From positions 9,211 to 73,210 of the forward strand of contig JAJCXT010000032.1 of assembly GCA_029263295.1 (NCBI GenBank): a stretch of 64,000 nt of DNA, read 5' to 3'. Position 1 is the stretch's first letter. Each line of letters starts with the position of its first letter. A program made the translations under genes and the position numbers. The DNA is from Acidobacteriota bacterium (GTDB lineage Bacteria > Acidobacteriota > UBA890 > WLXD01). This document shows, one piece after another, positions 45,026 to 52,919 of this stretch. A model generated the notes under the pieces. It saw nothing but the letters and a program-made list of their open reading frames with translations, was not told where the DNA came from and did not search any database.

Positions 45026-47668
45026 CTAGCCGTCGCGAAGCGCGGTCACCGGATTGGTCCGTGCCGCGCGGCGGGCGGGAAGGAACCCGGCAACGAGCGC
45101 GACTGTGAGCAACACCGCTGTCATTACGCCGTAGGTTGCCGCATCGGTTGTGCCGACACCGTACAACTGCGACGCCATCAAACGGGCAACCAGCAGAGCG
45201 CCCACCATGCCGATGGCCAGGCCGGCCAGGGTCATGCCGAGTCCGCGACGCACCTCTTCCAGGAGAACCCTGCTCGGGAGCGCGCCGAGGGCGAGTCGTA
45301 CGCCGATCTCCGCGCGGCGCTGGCCGACCGAGTACGAGATGACGCCATAGATGCCGAGCGAGGCGAGGAGCAACGCGATACCGGCGAACCCGCCGAGCAT
45401 GCTCATGAAGAACCGCCGCGGCGAGACGGCGCGATCAACCAGCTGGGCAATCGGGCGGAAGTTCGTGAAGGGAAGTTGTGGATCGATTTCCTGCACCGCG
45501 CCACGGATCTGACCGGCCAGAGCTATCGGATCGCCGCTCGCGACCACGACGAGGCTCGTGTTGGAGGACGTCATCTGCGGGAGAGGGAGGTACATCTCCG
45601 GCCCCGGGTCCTCGTCCATGCGGTTGTGGCGCACATCGCTGACTACGCCTATGACTCGGCGCTCGCCATCGAAGATACCGGCCATGCCGCCCACCGCATC
45701 TTCGCCCGGCCACAGCGTGTTCGCAGCGGTTTCGTTGATGATGATGACGGGCTCCGTGTCGGCGCCGTCGTCGGCGCTGAATTCGCGGCCGGTCAGCACG
45801 GAGATTCCCATGGTGTGGAAGTAGCCGTCGCTGATCAGACGCACGAAAGTCGTTTTCACGTTCTCCGCCGTCGGCTCCAATTCGGAGCGCCACAGGCCCC
45901 ATGTTCGGTTGCCGTCCAGTGGCAGGCTGTCGGTAAATGCGGCGCCCTCGATTCCCGGGATCGACCGAACGCTCGCAACGAGTTGTCGTTGGAGCTGGTC
46001 CAACGCCTCAGGCTGGTCGTAACGGCTCCCTGCTCCGAGCTTCACGCTCGCTCGCTGTGCCGGCTCGAATCCGAGAGGGACGTCGAGGATCTGACCGAAA
46101 CTGCGCATGAGCAGGCCCGCGCCGACTAGCAGAGTGCAGGCGATTGCGATCTCCGCGACGACCAGAGCCGACCGCGTCCAGGTTTGCGCGCGATCGCCTA
46201 CAGCTCCGCGACTCGAGTGGCTCAGTTCGGCGAATGGATCGCGCCTGGAGACCTGCAGGGCCGGCACGGTGCCGATGATCAACGCGACGGCCAAGGTGAT
46301 GACGGCCGCGAGTCCGACCCCGGTAGTGTCGAGTCGGATCTGCTCGAGCATCGGCAGGACAACCGCCTGTGACGTGACGATCGCCCGCAGCGCAACAAGT
46401 GCCAGTCCGAGACCGGCGACTACGCCCAGAGCGGCGAGTGCGATGCTCTCGGTGAGCAATTGCCTGACAAGCCGCATCTTGCCCGCCCCGAGCGCTGCGC
46501 GCACAGCCAGCTCGCGCCGCCTCGACACACTGCGCACGAGCATCAGGTTCGACAGGTTGGCGCAAACGATCAGCAGCACCATTCCCACGGCACCCCACAG
46601 CAGCCAGAGCGCGCTTCGTACGGTCTTGCTCACATGCGTCTGTAGCGGACTCAGGAAGGCCGCGAAGCTACTGTTCGCCAACTCGGGTTGTTCTTCGGGC
46701 AGGCGCGCGTTGATGATATCGAGTTCGACCTGCGCTGCCGCCAGTGACGCGCCGGGCGCGAGGCGCCCAACCACGCTCAGGGTGTTACTCCAGTTCGCCA
46801 TGACATCGAGGTCCGCCGGCACGAAGAGGTCGACGCCGTAGCCAGGGGCAAACACCGACGCGAAGTCGAACTCGGCAGACGTGACCCCCACGACGGTCGT
46901 GGCCTGATCGTCCAACTCGATGGTGCGGCCGATTACTCCGGGATCGCCTTCATATCGTCTCTGCCACAGCCTGTGACTCAAGATCACGACAGGGGGACCG
47001 CCGGTGACGGTCTCCCCTCGACTGAAGAAGCGACCGGCCTGGGGATCTACCCCGAGCACGCGGAAGAGATTGTCGGTTACGCGGACACCCATCAACAGCT
47101 CGGGCTCGCCATCCCCTGTCAGCGCGTAGCTGCCTCGCGTGAAGAAAGGGCTGTACGCACCCATGTCGATGAACAGCCCACTGTTGTCGCGCCAGCCGCG
47201 GAAGACAGCGACACGTGAGGCTGTGTCCGACGGGTTGGTAGACCCTGGAGAGTTCGGATCGCCGTTCTCGATCCAGACCAACTGATGTGGTTCTTGAAAG
47301 GGCAACGGGCGTAGGAGCAGGGCGTCCACGACGCTGAAGACAGTCGCGTTCGCACCAATTCCGAGCGCTAGGATCGAGACTGCGATGATGGTGAAGCCGT
47401 AGTCGCGGCGCAGCGTTCGCACCGCGTACTTGACGTCCTGCAGAACGCTCTCGAGCGTCGGCAGGCCGCGCGCATCGCGATGTAGTTCATGGGCCATGCT
47501 CAGGTTGCCGACGGAGAGTCGCGCCTTTCGCCGCGCTTCGTCCAGGCTCATTCCGGCAGCCACGTTGTCGTCGGTCAGCATGTCGACGTGCGCAGCGAGC
47601 TCCTCCTGCAGTTCTTCATCAAGCTGTTGCTTGCGGACTACCGCCAATAACTTCCGCAGCCACCTCAT
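45026..47668 (-). CDS. ADOP permease of the canonical type
   Basis: ATG at 47668 (MRWLRKLLAVVRKQQLDEELQEELAAHVDMLTDDNVAAGMSLDEARRKARLSVGN...) forms an ATGA overlap with the padR stop. ...VKYAVRTLRRDYGFTIIAVSILALGIGANATVFS, two FtsX-type modules, tail GFLPARRAARTNPVTALRDG. Confidence 0.85.
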   Translation of the reverse strand: MRWLRKLLAVVRKQQLDEELQEELAAHVDMLTDDNVAAGMSLDEARRKARLSVGNLSMAHELHRDARGLPTLESVLQDVKYAVRTLRRDYGFTIIAVSILALGIGANATVFSVVDALLLRPLPFQEPHQLVWIENGDPNSPGSTNPSDTASRVAVFRGWRDNSGLFIDMGAYSPFFTRGSYALTGDGEPELLMGVRVTDNLFRVLGVDPQAGRFFSRGETVTGGPPVVILSHRLWQRRYEGDPGVIGRTIELDDQATTVVGVTSAEFDFASVFAPGYGVDLFVPADLDVMANWSNTLSVVGRLAPGASLAAAQVELDIINARLPEEQPELANSSFAAFLSPLQTHVSKTVRSALWLLWGAVGMVLLIVCANLSNLMLVRSVSRRRELAVRAALGAGKMRLVRQLLTESIALAALGVVAGLGLALVALRAIVTSQAVVLPMLEQIRLDTTGVGLAAVITLAVALIIGTVPALQVSRRDPFAELSHSSRGAVGDRAQTWTRSALVVAEIAIACTLLVGAGLLMRSFGQILDVPLGFEPAQRASVKLGAGSRYDQPEALDQLQRQLVASVRSIPGIEGAAFTDSLPLDGNRTWGLWRSELEPTAENVKTTFVRLISDGYFHTMGISVLTGREFSADDGADTEPVIIINETAANTLWPGEDAVGGMAGIFDGERRVIGVVSDVRHNRMDEDPGPEMYLPLPQMTSSNTSLVVVASGDPIALAGQIRGAVQEIDPQLPFTNFRPIAQLVDRAVSPRRFFMSMLGGFAGIALLLASLGIYGVISYSVGQRRAEIGVRLALGALPSRVLLEEVRRGLGMTLAGLAIGMVGALLVARLMASQLYGVGTTDAATYGVMTAVLLTVALVAGFLPARRAARTNPVTALRDG

Positions 47669-48006
47669 CGGTCGGACTCCTGCGGACCGAGCATGGCCTC
47701 GATGACGCTGGCGAGCCGCCACCATGCCTCGGAGTCTTCGGTCAGCTTCTTCTGTCCGGAGTCAGTGATCTCGTAGAACTTGGCGCGGCGGTTGTTGTCA
47801 GACACACCCCACTGCGCGTCGATCCAGCGCTGCTGCTGCAGCCGCACCAGGGCGGCGTAAATCGTTCCCTGATTCAACAACACCTGATTGCCGCTGATCT
47901 GTTCGATGCGGCGCGCAATGCCGTAGCCGTGCTGCGAACCCATCGTCTGGAGCGTTCGAAGCACCATGAGGTCCAGTGTTCCGGGGAGTAGGTCGAGCTT
48001 CTTCAT
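47665..48006 (-). CDS. PadR-family regulator of the Acidobacterial type
   Basis: 113 aa. LLPGTLDLMVLRTLQTMGSQHGYGIARRIEQISGNQVLLNQGTIYAALVRLQQQRWIDAQWGVSDNNRRAKFYEITDSG matches my recollection of the TIGR03433-type consensus. Confidence 0.85.
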   Translation of the reverse strand: MKKLDLLPGTLDLMVLRTLQTMGSQHGYGIARRIEQISGNQVLLNQGTIYAALVRLQQQRWIDAQWGVSDNNRRAKFYEITDSGQKKLTEDSEAWWRLASVIEAMLGPQESDR

Positions 48007-48030
48007 CAGGAGTCCTGTTTCTGTGGGATG

Positions 48031-48060
48031 GCCACAGGAACGATAACAGCTTCCTGTGGC
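48031..48060. promoter_or_regulatory. Perfect 10-bp inverted repeat GCCACAGGAA-N10-TTCCTGTGGC 25 nt upstream of padR 47665-48006
   Basis: Arms at 48031-48040 and 48051-48060. A further CTGTGG copy at 48021-26. Could be an operator or a 5' leader hairpin. Confidence 0.5.
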
Positions 48061-48184
48061 CTGTGCACATGAAGAGACGCTCGGAAGCCTCGAGAGGTTT
48101 GGATTCGAATTCGGGTGCAGGTATAGCTAGGCGTGATCGCGACGCGCGGCGAAGGCGGGCGTACGTCTGTTTTGTATCGACTGA

Positions 48185-48227
48185 TTGACACAAAAAAGAA
48201 CACTTTGTAGCATGTGCTTGCTACAAA
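48185..48227 (+). promoter_or_regulatory. Sigma70-like promoter (TTGACA-17-TAGCAT) overlapped by inverted repeat TTTGTAGCA-N6-TGCTACAAA
   Basis: TTGACA at 48185-90, 17-nt spacer, TAGCAT at 48208-13. IR arms at 48204-12 and 48219-27. It lies 34 nt upstream of the ATG at 48261. The GT..AC core is compatible with GntR-type operators. Confidence 0.5.
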
Positions 48228-48260
48228 CCTCCGTTTTCGGTTGGCGAAGAGAGACGACCT

Positions 48261-49376
48261 ATGTGGTGGACACAGCCGCGGCTCACCTTGGCCGCCTGTT
48301 CGATGTACCTGGCTGCCTATGTTGTGGTGGTGTCGGCGGTGCCGGCCTCGGGCCAGCAGTTCGCTGCGCTCGCTGCGGTGGTGACGGTCATTCTCGTCGT
48401 GTACCGAAGAGCGAGCCTTACGCTTGCCGCCAAACACGCGGACGGGCGCATGCGCGACGCCTTCGATCGGGCGGTGTGGGACGGACATTGGAAGATGCCC
48501 GACTTTCTCAACTTGTCGTTGGCGGCGGCTCTGGACAAAGCTACGGGATTCCCGGAGGAGCCAACGGCCGGCGAGCGTTTCCAAGCACCACTGGCGCGAG
48601 CGACGAGCCTGCTCGAAGCGGCGAGAATGCGGACCGCAGCAAACTGGTTCGCGCTCGCAGCGGGATTGTCGAGTGGTCTGCTACTTCACGCACTGCCGTG
48701 GCCGGGTCCGAGCCGCCACGTCCTGGCAGCACTGTTGATGCCCTTGACGGTCTCGTCGCTGCTCGGCGTGCTAGTCGACCACGCTGCGGCGAAGGCGTTG
48801 ATTCGCGAAGGGAATGTCTCGCGTATTGCCTCTCTCGTGCCAAGAGCGCTCGATGATCTGAGCCTGCGCAGTTGGTCGCATCCAGCGCGCCTCGCGATGC
48901 TGGCCGGGTTGGGGGCCTTCTTGCTTGGCGGCGCCTGGTACTTTGGTGCCGACGGCGCCCGCCTCGCCGTCGCCCTGCTTTGTGCCGGCTACGTCGCGCT
49001 CACGCTTGCCGCGGAGCACTTTGCCCTCCAGCAACTGCCACTGCTGCGGTTCGTGGGTCCGCCGGAGATCAGCGCGTTCATCGATCAGCAACTGCGCGCC
49101 TCCAGAATCCGGCTAGTCTCCATGCCGAGTCCGTTCCTGGTCGTCGCGGTTGCCGGCCTCTGGGACCAGCTGGATTTCTTGCCGGGTGTCGCAACGGGGA
49201 TGTTCGTAACGGCCCATGTCATGTTCGTGCAGCGCCCTGACGTCCTCGCGCGTCGCGGTTCTTCACAGGAGATTGCCGCCCATCTCCATGGGCTGCAACA
49301 GCGATGGGGCCTCAACGAGGACGTTGCGCGAAGCTCGATCGAGACGCCGCCGGAACCCCGCCCAGTCTCGCCATGA
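48261..49376 (+). CDS. Polytopic membrane protein, function unknown
   Basis: 371 aa with about 8 hydrophobic segments (LAACSMYLAAYVVVVSAV, ALAAVVTVILVVY, WFALAAGLSSGLLLHAL, LAALLMPLTVSSLLGVLV, LAMLAGLGAFLLGGAWYF, LAVALLCAGYVALTLAA, FLVVAVAGLW, GVATGMFVTAHVMFV). No motif recognised. Confidence 0.6.
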   Translation: MWWTQPRLTLAACSMYLAAYVVVVSAVPASGQQFAALAAVVTVILVVYRRASLTLAAKHADGRMRDAFDRAVWDGHWKMPDFLNLSLAAALDKATGFPEEPTAGERFQAPLARATSLLEAARMRTAANWFALAAGLSSGLLLHALPWPGPSRHVLAALLMPLTVSSLLGVLVDHAAAKALIREGNVSRIASLVPRALDDLSLRSWSHPARLAMLAGLGAFLLGGAWYFGADGARLAVALLCAGYVALTLAAEHFALQQLPLLRFVGPPEISAFIDQQLRASRIRLVSMPSPFLVVAVAGLWDQLDFLPGVATGMFVTAHVMFVQRPDVLARRGSSQEIAAHLHGLQQRWGLNEDVARSSIETPPEPRPVSP

Positions 49377-49762
49377 TTGTCCGCATCGACGACGAGAGCC
49401 ACGTACCGCCGTATCGCCAGCTGGTCGATCAGCTGCTGGCTCAGGTCGCCGGTGGCAGGCTGCCGGTTGGGCAACGTTTGCCGCCGGTGCGCCAACTCGC
49501 CGCGGACCTGGGACTGGCGAACGGCACGGTTGCGCGGGCCTACCGCAATCTGGAGGAGGCCGGGCTACTGAAGACGGAGGGGAGGAGAGGGACCTTTGTC
49601 GCTCAACAGACTCGGCCGATGACCGAGGACGAACGCAGTGACTACCTGCGGCGCAAGACGGCCGAGCTGGTGCACGCAGCCGTCGCTGTGGGAGCGTCCA
49701 AGACCGACGTCAAGAGCGCGGTGAAGGCGGCGCTCGCAGAGTCAGTGTTCTTGAGCACGTGA
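49373..49762 (+). CDS. Short GntR-family (YhcF-like) transcriptional regulator
   Basis: ATG at 49373 overlaps the upstream stop (ATGA). PPYRQLVDQLLAQVAGGRLPVGQRLPPVRQLAADLGLANGTVARAYRNLEEAGLLKTEGRRGTFV is a GntR wHTH. Only about 55 aa follow it. Confidence 0.8.
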   Translation: MIVRIDDESHVPPYRQLVDQLLAQVAGGRLPVGQRLPPVRQLAADLGLANGTVARAYRNLEEAGLLKTEGRRGTFVAQQTRPMTEDERSDYLRRKTAELVHAAVAVGASKTDVKSAVKAALAESVFLST

Positions 49763-50689
49763 CGGAGTAGCGCGCTCGTGCCGGTTTTGCAGGCGGGTGC
49801 GCGCGACCGCTGATGGCGCGGCGTCGAGTACGTGGGTGAGTTGTTCACCGTCGAGCGGCCAGTGCTGCACCAGATCGCCAAGACACCAGACGCGCTGGGC
49901 GTCGGACTCGAGTAGCTCGGCGAGATCGAGCGCTTCGTCGAGACTCCCAAGCTCTCCTTCACGGATCAGCTCACTCAGGAGTTGGCGCTGCCGCCAACCG
50001 GTGCCGCTCGCTGTCAGGAGCCGGCGACGCTCATCACGGGCCTCGGCATGGCGATCGCTCTCGCGGGCCTGTTCAGATCCTGATTCGCGCGCAGGTTTGA
50101 CGGGTTCCCAAGGTGGTAACGGTGGCATCGCCGGTATCTTCGCCGGCTGCTCCGTATCCGGCTCGGGCTCCGACTCCAACGCGGGCTCCGGCTCCGACTC
50201 CGACTCAGGCTCGGGTTCAGGCGGGATTGCTGGTGTCGGTTCCGGCGCGGGTTCCAGCGCTTGTTCCGGCTCTGGCTCCGGCTCCGGCTCTAGCGGGGAC
50301 GTAGGCTCGTCGCCCACCTCGGCATCGAGCGCCTGACCCATGGCGTCGAGCAGTTCATTGCCGACCTCGGCGTAGTCGCCCGAACGGAGGCGTTTGGCCA
50401 GTGTGCGCAGTTCCGCGGGGTCGGCGGTACCGACCCTGCGGAGGGCACTCTTCACGACCAGTTCCCCCTCGCTCAGGTGGCCGTCTGCGCCGAAGAGTTT
50501 CTCCAGACGATTCCACGCTGACTCACTGCCGAGCGCGAGTGCGATTCGTTGACGGTCCTCCGACGGTAGGTCGCGCACCTGGCGCCAGTAGTGCGCGAGC
50601 AGGCGCACCTTGCGGTGCAGTCCGCGTTGGGCAGATAACGTTTCGATGAACGCATCGAGCGTCTTGAGAGTGGGGATGGCTTCGGCCAT
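49742..50689 (-). CDS. Hypothetical cytoplasmic protein: two helical domains joined by a Pro/Glu-rich linker; co-operonic with flotillin
   Basis: 315 aa. No signal peptide or TM helix. The start lies 10 nt after the flotillin stop. Central PLEPEPEPEPEQALEPAPEPTPAIPPEPEPESESEPEPALESEPEPDTEQ. Confidence 0.6.
   Translation of the reverse strand: MAEAIPTLKTLDAFIETLSAQRGLHRKVRLLAHYWRQVRDLPSEDRQRIALALGSESAWNRLEKLFGADGHLSEGELVVKSALRRVGTADPAELRTLAKRLRSGDYAEVGNELLDAMGQALDAEVGDEPTSPLEPEPEPEPEQALEPAPEPTPAIPPEPEPESESEPEPALESEPEPDTEQPAKIPAMPPLPPWEPVKPARESGSEQARESDRHAEARDERRRLLTASGTGWRQRQLLSELIREGELGSLDEALDLAELLESDAQRVWCLGDLVQHWPLDGEQLTHVLDAAPSAVARTRLQNRHERATPSRAQEH
50102..50308. repeat. Low-complexity GGCTCC/GGCTCG/GGTTCC hexamer-rich tract (encodes the PE linker)
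   Basis: Read directly: ...ggctcgggctccgactccaacgcgggctccggctccgactccgactcaggctcgggttcaggc...ggctctggctccggctccggctct... Confidence 0.7.
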
Positions 50690-50699
50690 GGCCTGAACC

Positions 50700-52151
50700 T
50701 CAGCCGTTGTCGCGATCGTCGTCGGTGCTGGCGGCCACCGAGCGGCTCAGATTGCTGGCTGCCGCCGAGGGCAGCGTGGCGATACCGCGCAGGAAGTCGT
50801 CCAGATCGACGCCGGCGAGTTGCTGCAGGATCGGGCCGAGCTGGCTCAATACCTGCACCACGTCCTCGGTGAGCTTCGAGGCACCCGTACCGTTGCCTTC
50901 GCCGCCCTGGCTGATGATCGTCGTGGTGCCCGCGCGCGACAGGGGTTCGGAAATCGCCGCCGCGATCTCGGGCAACACCTTCAACGCTTCGATCGAAAGA
51001 CCCGCTTCGTTGTACAGCTTCAACGCTTCGGCCAGCTGTTGCCTTGCCTCCGCTTCGGCGAGACCCTTGGCGCGGATGGCATCGGCCTCGGCGAGACCCA
51101 CCTCGCGACGCTCGGCGGCTTCAGCCGCGGCGCGGCCAAGACCTTCGGCCTTCACTGCCTCGGCATCTTCCTCTCGACGCTTGCGGTTCGCCGCAGCGCG
51201 CTGCTCCATCTGGTAGCGCTCGGCTTCGGCCTGCTCGCGTACCGTGGCGTTGAGTTCGAGTTTCTGGCGCTGGACCTCTCGCTCAGCGATGCCGATGTCC
51301 TGGACCTTGAGTTCCATTTCGCCGGCCTTGGTGGCCTGCGCGTCGGCGACGTCGACTTCTTCCTTGATGGACGCGATCTTCAGCGACAATAGCTTGTCGG
51401 CTTCCGCGATCTCCGTATCGACCTGGATCCGCTTCGCTTCCTTGCCGCTGCGCGCGGCCTCTTCTTCGACCTTGGCATCGCGGTCGGAGCCGGCGGTGGC
51501 GATACGCGCGCGCTTGAGGGCTTCCTGGATCTTGGGCTGACCGAGCGCGTCCAGATAACCCTGTTCGTCCTGGATCTGCTGGAAAACGAAGGACTTGAAC
51601 TCGAAGCCCATACCGTCGAGATCTCGGTGCGCCTCTTCGCGGATCTTCTCCTGGAAGGACTTCTGATCGCGGTACAGCTGTTCGACCGTGAGCGTACCGA
51701 CGATGCCGCGGAGATGGCCGGCTACGGTTTCCTGGATCGTGTGCTGTACGCCCTTCACCTCGACACCAAGGAAGCTGCCGGCCGCGCGACGAATCGAGTC
51801 CGTCGTTCCCTTCACCTTCACCTGGGCAACCGCTCGCACATTGATCGGGATGCCCTGTTCCGTGTACACGTGCGGCAGATCCATCTCCAGCGTCATGATC
51901 TTCAGCGAGAGGCGCTCGTAGTCTTCCCACGCCGGCACGATGAACGTTCCGCCACCACGCACGATGCGGTAGCCCATCGACTCGCCTTCTTCGCCCACCA
52001 CACCCTTGCCGATCAGTTTGCCGCGACCGTAGACAATGAGCGCCTCGTCCGGCCCCGCCTTCTTGTAGCGTGACTTGATGATCAGGTAGAGGAACACCAG
52101 GAATAGCGGGATCAGCAGGAGCGTTGCTCCCCAGCCAGCGGACGAAAGCAT
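50700..52151 (-). CDS. Flotillin / SPFH (band 7) domain protein
   Basis: ATG at 52151 (MLSSAGWGATLLLIPLFLVFLYLIIKSRYKKAGPDEALIVYG...) with GGAGG upstream. N-terminal membrane hairpin, then SPFH domain, then a long Ala/Glu-rich coiled coil (EAERYQMEQRAAANRKRREEDAEAVKAEGLGRAAAEAAER...). Confidence 0.85.
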   Translation of the reverse strand: MLSSAGWGATLLLIPLFLVFLYLIIKSRYKKAGPDEALIVYGRGKLIGKGVVGEEGESMGYRIVRGGGTFIVPAWEDYERLSLKIMTLEMDLPHVYTEQGIPINVRAVAQVKVKGTTDSIRRAAGSFLGVEVKGVQHTIQETVAGHLRGIVGTLTVEQLYRDQKSFQEKIREEAHRDLDGMGFEFKSFVFQQIQDEQGYLDALGQPKIQEALKRARIATAGSDRDAKVEEEAARSGKEAKRIQVDTEIAEADKLLSLKIASIKEEVDVADAQATKAGEMELKVQDIGIAEREVQRQKLELNATVREQAEAERYQMEQRAAANRKRREEDAEAVKAEGLGRAAAEAAERREVGLAEADAIRAKGLAEAEARQQLAEALKLYNEAGLSIEALKVLPEIAAAISEPLSRAGTTTIISQGGEGNGTGASKLTEDVVQVLSQLGPILQQLAGVDLDDFLRGIATLPSAAASNLSRSVAASTDDDRDNG

Positions 52152-52416
52152 GGGTGACCTCCTCGCAGTGGGCACGTCGTATCGGTAGGCAAGTCGTAGG
52201 TCAACTACCGGACCAGTTTGCCGCGGTCGTCATGGGCGCACTGTTCTACAGCCACCATTCATACGCAAGAGTCTGAATTGTCGATGGGACCAAACTCCGC
52301 CGACCGGGCGCAGGGCCCGCTCACTGGTCGTGGTTTAATCCCGGGACGCTGCGGCGCCGGTCGCGGGTCTGGACGCGCAGTTTTCCTGCACTCATGCCGA
52401 CACCGGGAGGCGAGCC

Positions 52417-52881
52417 TTGGTTCTGGTTGCGGTCGATTTCTCACCCCCGTCAGCGGCGGCCCTGCTGTGGGGTGCGCAGGTGGCCGAGGTGTTCGGCGAC
52501 AGGCTCACGATCCTGCATGTGGTCCATGATCCGGAGGCCGCTCCGGGCTATTACCGGGCCAAGAAGAACGGCAAGCACGTCCGCCGACTCGAGAATGCGG
52601 CGCGCGACATGTTGGACGAGTTCGTTGACGGACTCGTGACGGGTCACCCGCAACTAGCCATTCTCGGCACAGCCGAGCGTTCGCTCGTCGTGGGAATACC
52701 GGTGACGAGGATCCTCGAGGTCGCCGAGGCGACGGATGCTCGCCTGCTGGTCGTCGGCAGCAATGGCCGCACCGGCCTATCGCATCTGATGCTGGGTTCC
52801 AAAGCTGAACGCGTTGCGCAGCTCTCGCCGATTCCCGTGACCATCGTCAAGGCACCTCGCGCCGTCGGAGATGCGACTTGA
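52417..52881 (+). CDS. Universal stress protein (UspA family)
   Basis: TTG start with GGGAGG 7 nt upstream. VLVAVDFSPPS..., LLVVGSNGRTGLSHLMLGSKAERVAQLSPIPVTIV is the USP ATP-binding motif G-2x-G-9x-G(S/T). Confidence 0.8.
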   Translation: MVLVAVDFSPPSAAALLWGAQVAEVFGDRLTILHVVHDPEAAPGYYRAKKNGKHVRRLENAARDMLDEFVDGLVTGHPQLAILGTAERSLVVGIPVTRILEVAEATDARLLVVGSNGRTGLSHLMLGSKAERVAQLSPIPVTIVKAPRAVGDAT

Positions 52882-52919
52882 GACCGGGCCAGATACTCGA
52901 GCCGGAGTGAGCTAGAGGG

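Noticed and set aside
50102-50308. Periodic repeats that might suggest a CRISPR array or minisatellite
   Set aside because: The units are 6 nt, imperfect and entirely within a coding frame (the PE linker). There is no repeat-spacer organisation and there are no cas genes.
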